From Psammoneis japonica (lineage: Eukaryota), in assembly GCA_008632985.1 (NCBI GenBank), contig QPGO01000014.1, positions 758,289-822,288 of the forward strand: a DNA stretch of 64,000 nt, in the 5' to 3' direction. The position numbers and the translations under genes are program-made. The notes beneath the pieces were generated by a model that worked only from the letters and a program-made list of their open reading frames with translations, searched no databases and was not told the DNA's origin. This document shows positions 25,246-34,523 of the stretch, piece after piece. How positions within the stretch are numbered: the stretch's first letter is position 1; every line of letters begins with the position of its first letter.

Positions 25246-27323
25246 TTTTGAGGCTTTCGTGCTGCGTGTCTTCTCGGCTTCTTGTTGCCACTTTGCTCCT
25301 CTTCTTGTTCTCTGAGATGGTCAGACATGCCATCTCCAAAGACTTCTTCTTCTTGGTGGAACCAAGTACGATACTCTTCATCATCTAGGTACACTACACC
25401 AGGTTCACAGTAAAAGAAATCATGATCACTGGATGCACTCAAATGCTCGTAACCATCACTCTGAGGGTCTGGTTCAGGCATTCGTGCTGCTGGTTGTGGC
25501 TCAGGCGCCACGGCTGGCATAAGTTCATTCGTCATATAGATACTCTCTTCATCGGTATCGGACTCTGGAGCCGCTGACATTTTCTTATCGGACTCGCTAT
25601 TCATGAGTTCGTCTGCCGATACAGCTCGCTTCGTCTTCGAGGCAGTTGCTCGATGAGAAAGTGAGCGACATTGCTCATGTGTGTAGGGTTCGGTGTCTTC
25701 GGACGTTTTCGAATGTCCTTCTTCTTCTTCGAATTCGTCTGGGTCACCTGGAACATATAAGTTCCTTCTCGTAGGATATATGCCCCCATGAGGGAACACT
25801 ACGTAGTCGCAATCGTCCATTCCATCTGGATATAATGCTTCTATCAACTCCTGGGCGTCCGTGCTGTTGTCATGCTCGAAAATTGATGATGTCAGAGATG
25901 CGCACTCATCCGCGCTGTCTGCTGTAGCCTCATACTCGTCATCGGCATCTTCTCCAAAAGATGACAGCTCGTCCATAGACGACATACGTAAGGTTGTCGA
26001 CGATACTGTTGACATACTACTAGCGGTACTCCACAAATCATCGCTGTCTGACGATGTTGATCCGCTGTGCGGCACGAATTCCGGCATGCTGGATGCATCA
26101 GTTGTTTCTGCTGGGTCCATGGGAGGTCTCTGTCTCTGTTGCAGCTCAAAGTCTTCTGGCAACAGAACGCAATAGTTCTCTTCCACGTAAGTATCATATT
26201 CTCCGTCTGATTCTTCATAAGAGTAACTCGTATCGTCTTCTGGTATCTCAAGTCCGTCTTCTTGTTCATAAGATTCAGGTTCAGAATCATCTCTTATGCT
26301 AAGTTGTTCCAGTTGTTCAGCTGGGGCTGAGTCTATACTGTTGTCCGGGTTCTGGACTGGTAGAGCTTCTTCTGGCTCGTGTACGGCACGTATTTCTTGC
26401 CGGTTCGTTCGGGTACGTCCTCTCTGTTGACCATAGCCTTGAGGACGGTTCCTATCACGCTGTAAGTTGGCTTGGTATCGAGTAGGATATCTATGTGGTT
26501 GGTTGGGAGGAGCTCCGGCGTTGTTATTGTTATTATTGCTCGGTCGTGTCGCTCGGTCGCCTCCATGTCCGTATGCGGTTCGGTAGCCGTGAGTGGGGAT
26601 ACGTCTCTGGAATCGCCGTTGGTTGTTTGACAACCTTCTCTCTTGTTGGGCCTTCTTCTTCTGTAGGAAGGATTCAATGGTGGAATAGTATGTCTCCAAG
26701 TCTGCCATACCATACTCACCTCTGTGTCCGACGGATAGTTGGAATCTCTCTCGCCAATCATCCGGCACAGCATGCTCTGCTGCATAAGTTAACTCTTGGT
26801 CCGTGAGAGGGGCTCTCTCTTCTGCAGAGCCTCTCATGTAGGGTACTAGCTCATTGATTTCCGAAATTCTGGAGGTGAATTCAATGAAGGTAGTTTCTCT
26901 TGGCTTGCGTATGGAGCGCAAGTACTGCTTCTGCACTGCCGCTGAGTCTCGAGGAAGCAGTCCAGCAGTGACTGTCTCTACTGCTGTATCAAACTGTTCA
27001 GGGGTAAGTTCTTCTGGATTTTCAACTAGAGCTCTTACCGCTCTCTGATATCGGTCCTTGATGGAGCCTCTGGTTAGGCATAACATCTGGCAATGAAGTA
27101 CTGGTCCTGTTGTCCAGTGCTTGACCGTTCTTAGCTCATTAAAGTCTTTTAAAAAGACTAGGTACTTCTCCTTGATGGAGGTATCACACTGATGGATATA
27201 AAATGCCACCGTGTCTTCCGGTTCTCCCGGGTCTGGCGCAACCTTGTACTTGATTAGGCTCGCAACGTCGTCCGCTACTTGGGGGTACGACTTGTATAAC
27301 TTCACAATCGCTTGACTAGTCAT
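25074..27323 (-). CDS. gag: Gypsy 1 gag-like ORF with long acidic C-terminal region
   Basis: 749-aa ORF between the 5' LTR and pol. QKQYLRSIRKP...F.SRI.EIN matches the gag of Gypsy 2 (LQKRCLRRFMRKP...RAVEIN). Confidence 0.85.
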   Translation of the reverse strand: MTSQAIVKLYKSYPQVADDVASLIKYKVAPDPGEPEDTVAFYIHQCDTSIKEKYLVFLKDFNELRTVKHWTTGPVLHCQMLCLTRGSIKDRYQRAVRALVENPEELTPEQFDTAVETVTAGLLPRDSAAVQKQYLRSIRKPRETTFIEFTSRISEINELVPYMRGSAEERAPLTDQELTYAAEHAVPDDWRERFQLSVGHRGEYGMADLETYYSTIESFLQKKKAQQERRLSNNQRRFQRRIPTHGYRTAYGHGGDRATRPSNNNNNNAGAPPNQPHRYPTRYQANLQRDRNRPQGYGQQRGRTRTNRQEIRAVHEPEEALPVQNPDNSIDSAPAEQLEQLSIRDDSEPESYEQEDGLEIPEDDTSYSYEESDGEYDTYVEENYCVLLPEDFELQQRQRPPMDPAETTDASSMPEFVPHSGSTSSDSDDLWSTASSMSTVSSTTLRMSSMDELSSFGEDADDEYEATADSADECASLTSSIFEHDNSTDAQELIEALYPDGMDDCDYVVFPHGGIYPTRRNLYVPGDPDEFEEEEGHSKTSEDTEPYTHEQCRSLSHRATASKTKRAVSADELMNSESDKKMSAAPESDTDEESIYMTNELMPAVAPEPQPAARMPEPDPQSDGYEHLSASSDHDFFYCEPGVVYLDDEEYRTWFHQEEEVFGDGMSDHLREQEEEQSGNKKPRRHAARKPQKCKWKNPDASCDFNYSIQLMGLETKATMFHSPHSTAAAVEQQQREMCSQKKHWMRPP

Positions 27324-27493
27324 GTCCTCCTGTACTGTATAAGTATTATCTTGAGGTAACGCTCTAAAGTACTATTCTTCAGTTCCGTCGAACTGGGGGC
27401 TACGTACGTAGGCTTTCTTCGCCTTAAGTAGAATGCTCAGTACTATGCTGAGAGGCGGTATTATTATAATGATACGCCACTGTTTGATCAAAA

Positions 27494-28079
27494 TGTCATG
27501 TGGCACAAGGCCTATTGTGGGTGATTGTGGTGATTTTAAGAGTCGTTCATGAAAAGTGAGACTATAAAAGTGTAAAATTATGAAGTGAATTTCTGGAGCG
27601 GTGATCTCGCGGAATGTTCTTTCGATTCTTTCTTTTCCAGAGAAATTCTGTTCTCGTTATGTAGGAACGTTCCTGGGTTCTTCTTTAAGTGTATATCGTC
27701 TAAGGGAACGTCTTGGGACTTCTGAGGAGGTCACGTATGGTGTCCGAAAGTATCACGGGAAAAATCGAGAGATCCGATTCGCTCTTCATCGTTTCGACCG
27801 TTTTCTTGTGAGAATCGGATTGGCTGAAAAGGAACTTGAAGTTCGGCTAAGAAATGTCTTCTCGATTTACTTAGGAAGTGATACACGTGTCCAGTTGTTT
27901 ACTATCGCTTTCCGCATGTGTCCGGTTGTTTATTTAGGAGGAAGATGTTGGATAATTGTTCATGTAGTATGCATGTGTCTCTTGATGTATGTTCACGTAG
28001 ATGTATATAGGTTCTGTCCGTAGTTCTCTATTGTTCTTTATGACGTCTCGAAGTGTCGGGTCATGAGCACGACGTGACA
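27494..28079 (-). repeat. 5' LTR of Gypsy 1 (TA-retaining copy)
   Basis: Direct repeat of 21466-22052. Confidence 0.97.
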
Positions 28080-29167
28080 CGTTGCCGCGGCGTGCGCTCT
28101 ATGTGGCTACATAAGCTAAACTAGATCACTACTAAAACGACAATAGATTGCAATTTTGATTTTGACAACTAGAGTACTAGAAGATATCAATCTACTTAGC
28201 TCGCTAGTCCACTCTAACAATCTTGTGGCCTGGATCGCGGCTGCAGCGGCGTCTTCTATTCAAACACAACATAGCACTCTTTTTCTCCACACTGTCAATG
28301 AAATCAATGAAACAGCTACAAGCTTTTCATATTCCATATTGTCATCGCAGACTCCCACATTCAATTTGCAATATCTTGAATACACATTCACTGCATTGCT
28401 ATTGGAAACATCAATGCATGAGTCTTGCTTCCATCAAAAAACAAACAATCAATCCCAACACATGATGTCCAAATCAGATCACTCGTCACCAGCGACATCA
28501 TTATCGGGCACTACATTGGATCCTTGGGAAAGCCCAAACTCGCCCATATCATCTCCTACCTCCTCGTTGATCGGATCGAACTGCTCCTGTACGGTGCGGG
28601 CTCTTTCCTCCTTTTCACGCTGCAATACAGCCCATTCCCAGGTTCACAAACTTATTCAACACATAAAAAGAGATTGTTAGACAGCGAGTCATGTGGGGAG
28701 AAACCTGTTTGTAGCACAAACAAACGACTTTCGTCGATTTCACGGCAAACAAACAACAATTTGCACATTTTTTGCCAATTCTCTCTCTTGGAACATACCT
28801 TGCTAGTTCTTTCGCATTACAGCTTTGTTAATCATACAAAGACGTTTACAAAACGCACCTGGACGTCTCTGGGCATTGCCTGGTTGCCAAGAAAACACAC
28901 CGAAAGTTGATCTGATAGCATGATTGTTTGATTCGTTCCCCAAAAAAAAATCTTTTCTTCTTTCGCTTGCTTTCGCGCGTTGAAAATTTTTTTGGTGGCC
29001 ACGGTCAGACGGGATCGATAATAGAAGTATTAATACCTAGGGCCCTACCGGTAGGTACGGCGGTAGCTGGATTGCAAACACACGATGCATTACCAAACTA
29101 TTGCGCTGAGGCAACAAAGAAGAGCCAGCTTAGACTCTCTTTAGAGTATAGAGGGCTGTTCTACATC

Positions 29168-30517
29168 ATGTCGTCCAATCCGTCGTTGTGGACGCTGTCG
29201 TGTTTGTTGTTGTTGTTGTCAACAGCATCAGTGTCCGCCTTCTCAACGCCAGCAAGTGCATCAACATCGCGGGTCGACATTGGTCAAACTGCACCCCGGA
29301 ATATTTTTGGGATGCAAGAGTGGGCCAAAACGAGTGGCGTTGAAAGTTGCAAAGGCTTTCGGTTAACCAGTGATCCTGTAGATGAACAAGATTGGTCAGT
29401 TTCGACCACAAAATCGTTGTCGGTCAATGAAGTGGTCGTTACGGTACCATCTCAAATTATTCTGTCCAGTAATGACGTGATTGACACACAAATCAATTTA
29501 CAACAAGCAGAGGTTGTCCTAGAAGAGAACGATTTGGAAGATCAAATTCCTCTTTTTCGGTTGTATGTCAATTTGCTGCTACAATATGAGCTTGGAGATC
29601 AATCTCCATGCTTTCCATGGCTCAATTCTTTACCACGACGATTTTACAACGGTGTAATGATGACATCGGCATGCTTCGAATGCTTACCTCCTTATGTCCG
29701 TTACATCGCTGAGAAAGAATGTTACACGAGTCAGTGTTTTCAACAAGCTCTTCAATACGCCGAAGCAATTTCAGAAATGACAATGTTGAACACAGACTTG
29801 CTCAACTGGGCCTATTGTGTTGCCGTCACACGATCCTTTGGAGTCAACACTGGTGCTGACAACGACAAGACATGTCGAGTTATTGTGCCCATGGCAGACT
29901 ATCTTAATCACGGGAGTTTTGAAAACGAAGTTGAGCTAACCTTTGATCAAGATGGGAACTGCATTGTCTATGCTGCGCGGGATGTATCTCCCGGAACGCC
30001 TTTACGACTATGCTATGGAGATCCCACCAATCCGTCCATCTTTTTTGCCACCTACGGGTTTCTCGATAAGTCCTCCCCTGCCACATTTTGTAAACTAATG
30101 CATTTACAACAAGAAATGGCCGAGTTGAAGCTAGACTTCTCGGATTTGCTATTCTACAAAGACACTGGGGAAATTTCCCCTCAAGTTTGGGATCTTCTGT
30201 TGTATTCCATCCTGAAACAAGAGCAGCAAGTTTCGGAAGAAGATCTACTACAAGGATTCTATGACGCATATGCGGCAGATGATGTTGACACCAAGAATCT
30301 CTATCATCAACACTACTTCCAACACACATTGCAGGCGCTCCACGATCACGTCGATGGGATGCTGAACGAACTAGAGTCGCTTTCGGAACTGGCAAAAACT
30401 TTGGACATTGCGAAACACCCCCGTCTCTCTCTCATTAAACAACACAATGATTTTGTCAAAACTACATTTCTGAAAGTCAAAGCCAATTTGAATGCCATGT
30501 CCTCTGGTGATCAGTAA
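29168..30517 (+). CDS. Plastid-targeted SET-domain (Rubisco LSMT-like) lysine methyltransferase
   Basis: Signal peptide ending VSA|F (ASAF-type). WAY..A.TRSF, IVPMADYLNH and LCYG.......FATYGF SET motifs. Single exon. Confidence 0.9.
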   Translation: MSSNPSLWTLSCLLLLLSTASVSAFSTPASASTSRVDIGQTAPRNIFGMQEWAKTSGVESCKGFRLTSDPVDEQDWSVSTTKSLSVNEVVVTVPSQIILSSNDVIDTQINLQQAEVVLEENDLEDQIPLFRLYVNLLLQYELGDQSPCFPWLNSLPRRFYNGVMMTSACFECLPPYVRYIAEKECYTSQCFQQALQYAEAISEMTMLNTDLLNWAYCVAVTRSFGVNTGADNDKTCRVIVPMADYLNHGSFENEVELTFDQDGNCIVYAARDVSPGTPLRLCYGDPTNPSIFFATYGFLDKSSPATFCKLMHLQQEMAELKLDFSDLLFYKDTGEISPQVWDLLLYSILKQEQQVSEEDLLQGFYDAYAADDVDTKNLYHQHYFQHTLQALHDHVDGMLNELESLSELAKTLDIAKHPRLSLIKQHNDFVKTTFLKVKANLNAMSSGDQ

Positions 30518-30619
30518 GTCCAGTTGGCACTCGTAAGATACGGTAATTGTCAGCATCCCCTCTAGGAACTACAGACACTTTTTCGGATGTCTAATAAGCT
30601 GTTCGCTTTTTTCGGATGT

Positions 30620-33600
30620 CCAATGCACTGTCACTACAAATGCCTTAGATCCTGTCACATGCTCATGGTGTGCCGACAGCTTGGCACTGAGCGACTGTGG
30701 TGCCAGCAGTCATGGCCATGTGAACATGTCCACAAATGACAGGCAGACAAAGCCTTTGTGCACGTCTGCTCTTTGTTGCTTCCGAAGACAATTGACCAAC
30801 AAGGATGCGGCCAACCCAAAGAACATTGCAGCAGTGAGACATGCAAAGTGATGCTTCATTTTGCACACTGTGCAGTCTTGCACTTTTCTCTCATGTGTCC
30901 AATGAGATCAAGCAAATGGGTGCACATCGTGTTCGGTGCTGGGGAACGCTGCTTTGGGGAAAATCTGTTCTCAAAAATGCAGCTGGGTTTCCTTTTGGCA
31001 TTTGTCAAGCATTGATGAGGTCACAGCAGTTGTTTACAGTTTTGGCACACAGTGGCCATGGTTGAATGATTTTAGTCACTGGTGCTCAGTGTCAACAATG
31101 CCGGGTGCGGTGGGCGGGCCACACTTTCCACCCCCACGAGTCTGTGCATTGGCCACACCTCGTGCACTTCACACACCCTCAGTTGCATGCAAACTCTCAC
31201 AGAGCCGGGATGGACAACATGTGCCAGGTTTGCATGTGCGCCTGTGCCCCAGCGTGGCTCAAGAAATTGCCTTGCCAAATCCTCTGCAAGGCATTCTGCA
31301 CAAAATGTGCCAAAAAATGTGCCGGCCACACCATGGTTTGATTGCATCATCTCATCAAAGCCAGCATGCCATGCTGACCAACAGTTGCTGTCAAATCTTT
31401 TGCAAAAATGTGCTGTGGCGCATTGGAGTGGAAAAAATTGGTGGCTCTCGTTCCACTCAATTTCATTCAAGACCAAATGAGGGCAAAAAATTTCCCTGTT
31501 TTGGCCAGCACTTGCTTGTGCCATCAACTGTCATTGTGTGCTCCACTCCATCATGCCATTGGAGATGCATTGTGACAATGCTCTGCAGCTCTGGACAACT
31601 TGCAAGCTTTCCCTGGATTTGTTTCTGGGGCAATTGGCTTCTCAAACCACCAAATTGGAAAATCAGACTTCTTGCAATTTCATTGCAACTTCTTGTCCCC
31701 ATGTGGGCCAAACGTCCGGACAAGTTTTTGTGGTCAAAGCACTTGACATTGAAGCTGTCAAGCAACTTGTGGAGAACTGGTCTGCCAACCAAGATGGAAG
31801 GCACAGCCTCACTTGCTTCTGAACAAAGCCTTTGTTTGCAAGTTTCTTGCTGCAATGTGAGCATTCAAGGTTTTTGTGCAAAAGATTGGTGCTGGTGCAG
31901 CAAATAGAAAGTGGGCTGCTGGCGAGGTGCTCTCAACTCCAATGGCATCAATGTCCAGCACAGCTCTCTTCAAAGCTGATGCAACAGCAACCCTCAAATC
32001 TGATTTCTTTCGGTGCATCTAACGGAGCTCTCTCTTCCAACTGCATTGATCATTGGCCATGCAACACACCAACACTGTCCTTTGTTTCCAAGCATTGCTG
32101 CCAGGGAAAATTGCAGTGGCAGTTTGTTTGTGCAATGATTTCTGCACATTGCTGTTCCATGCTTTTTATTTGGCATTGCCACTTCCAGCCCAATTCAAGC
32201 TGGGATTGGGCTGGTTGAGATTGTGCTGCAGGAGGTGGCAGCTGCAGACTAAAGTGCAAAATGTGCATGGAAATCATTGCACAACTGCAACTTTCCTTGC
32301 TTGCATGTGGAGACACCCAGCACCTCTTGTGCCCACACACATGCTTGTGGCATGCCTCCAGCTCAGCACTGGCTGTGGTGCCAGCAGTCTCAACAATGTG
32401 AGCACATCCACAAATGACAGGTGAAGCCTTTTGCGCACATCTGCTCTTTGTTGCTTCAGAAGATGATTGACAAAGGACATGGCCAGCACAAAAACATCAC
32501 AACAGCAAGACATGCAAAGCGATGCTCCATTTTGCACAGTGCACAGTTTTGCACTTTTCTCTCATGTCCAAAATGAGATCAAGCTTTTTTCATGTTTTTT
32601 GGAGATTTCAAGATGGTTGCATCAATTTCTCACCTCTTGGGTGGACTCAGTGCCACTGGTGATGCTTCAACAGTGCTGCCAAGCTCAAGAGGCAAGCTCA
32701 TGTGACAACATTGTGAGTTGTCAGTCTGCAAAGTAACTCACTCAAAAGGGCTTGTGCTTTTTGCAGGTCAGTGCTGTGAAGTGTGAAGAAGAGTGACTCC
32801 CAGAGACAATGCTGCACATCTTCCAGCCTGAACCACCCAGCTCAAAAACCAGTTGTCCAAACAGACCATTGCATTGCTCATCAACAGAAACCACTCTCAT
32901 GGCTGCTGCAACAAATTTTTTTTGGCATTTGGAGCACTGCCACTGATCTCACAAGGCCCTGCATCCCCCACTCCCACCACCACTTCTGTTCACTTGTGCA
33001 GCCAACTGTGCTTGTTGGTCTGTGCCATGGCTCACATTGAACATCCTTGTGCAAAATGGGTGCTTGTTCTTGGACTGTGTGTCACATGCTTCCTGGGCTG
33101 TTGGGAAGTGTCTGGTCTGTGTGGTCAGAGCACTGTGCACCATCTTGTGTTTCCAGCTGACCAACAACATGAGGGACACATGGCAAGTTGGCAGCAGGGC
33201 TTTTTCCATCATTTGTTTCATCAATGTCACTTGTTCTGCAGCTTCATTTCACAGTCTAAAAATTGACATGAATTCCTGAACAACTCTGAATGACAATCAG
33301 CACAGTGCAGGGCCATTTGCCTTTCCATTGACTCCAGCCAACCTGGAAAGGTCTTCAATCTGCTTCCCATGTGGGGGGCACCTCAAGAACACTCTTGCAC
33401 CTTGGATCACAGAGAATCAAAACAAAGAACCAGAGCACCTTTCCCACCCTGTTGACCACAAGTGTTGACACACAAACATTGTGCTCATGCTGTGTTAAAC
33501 ACCCAGTGCAAGACCTTGGAAAGAATTGCTTGAAAAGTCATCTGCAGAAGCAACAGCTGACCAAAACATGTCGAGGCAGTGGGGCTGCCCGCAACTTCAA

Positions 33601-34300
33601 AAAATGGCCTTTTGTCACTGTCGACTTGCCACGCACCTCCAATGTGCTTGTTGGATGCTCTTCAGGTGTGATTGCCACTTGATTGTGAACGTGGAAGCCA
33701 CTGCACAAACAACTCATTCACGATGGTGGGTTGCCACCAGGACCTTCTTGTGCACTCACTGACTGGGGCCGATTTTTCACTGCCGCAACTGGGTCTTTGG
33801 ACACAGTCGTGGGCCAGGGTGTGGCTGGCCCACTTTCTCTCCCTGCGATCATGCCATGCAGTCTCTGCATGTCATGCAACATCATGCAAACCCAACTGAC
33901 CAAAGAAAGCTTGGTCATCAATGAGCACTTTCATGCCTCAGCCCTCACACACAGACTCCACATGTGAAAGCACAGCAGGGCCTGCTGGGGGGGATGCCAC
34001 ATTTTTTTAATTCTGAAATCACCCCACTGCATCCAAAGGCTTGGCAGCGGTGGCTGTGGTGCTGTGTTGAACACTTGGGTGTTGCCACATGGGCATCACT
34101 CCCACAGTGCATGTTCAATGGAAAGCAACAGCAGTGTCGGTCTGTACGATGATTTCTACATACATGTGTTTTGTACCTTTGTCTGTCACTGCCACCTCGC
34201 TCCAGCCCGATCCCAAGCATCGCACAGACAGACTGCCACTGCGATTTTCCTTGCTTGCTCGCTTGGCGACACGCGACACGTAGCCGCGCGCGACACGATA
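30620..34300. mobile_element. Block C: decayed retroelement-like DNA with ~255-bp degenerate direct repeats
   Basis: TpA/CpG-depleted. 30655-30913 and ~32338-32584 are diverged direct repeats ending ...cacttttctctcatgt..aatgagatcaagc. Family not determined. Confidence 0.65.
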
Positions 34301-34523
34301 AAACCACAGGATTTCTCGTACTTGCGGGAACCACACCACACGGTACGCGAGGCAGAGACACATTCCAACACCGCCACCCTGCCTAATGCCTAATCCCTAT
34401 CCAAGAAAAAGTATGGTACTGTATTTCATTATGCATCATCCTTGCCCATCATAAAACAGATGCTAAAAACCCATTCATTCTTACATCATCATCAAGCAAC
34501 AGCAAAAAATTAGCGTTTGAAAA

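Larger units (their letters stand above)
21466..28079 (-). mobile_element. Full-length Ty3/Gypsy LTR retrotransposon 1
   Basis: 587/586-bp LTRs TGTCA...TGACA. 4-bp TSD cgtt (21462-21465, 28080-28083). PPT-like attggaggaggcgcg next to the 3' LTR. gag then PR-RT-RH-IN order. Confidence 0.97.
20993..29021. mobile_element. IS630/Tc1-mariner-like non-autonomous DNA transposon (~1.4 kb) interrupted by Gypsy element 1
   Basis: TIRs ttgtcgatcccgtctgaccgtggccaccaaaa (20993-) and ttttggtggccacggtcagacgggatcgataa (-29021), extending imperfectly to ggaacgaa/ttcgttcc. Flanks c(ca)/(ta)g fit a TA duplication in CTAG. Transposase remnant LVLD-NASIH and LLFLPTHP-ELNPIE at ~21190-21335 (+). Confidence 0.8.

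Noticed and set aside
21466..28079. Classical RIP (CpA->TpA) as the explanation of LTR differences
   Set aside because: Conserved residues (Tyr in YxDD, GKY, NYYR) need the TA state, so TA is ancestral. Repeats are TA-poor, not TA-rich.
28928..29167. N-terminal 80 aa of the 529-aa ORF
   Set aside because: It reads through a transposon TIR from a TTG. The signal peptide begins at ATG 29168.
30913..32330. DIRS/Ngaro-type RT between the direct repeats
   Set aside because: Only faint motif resemblance (GRLAHMG). Too decayed to assign.
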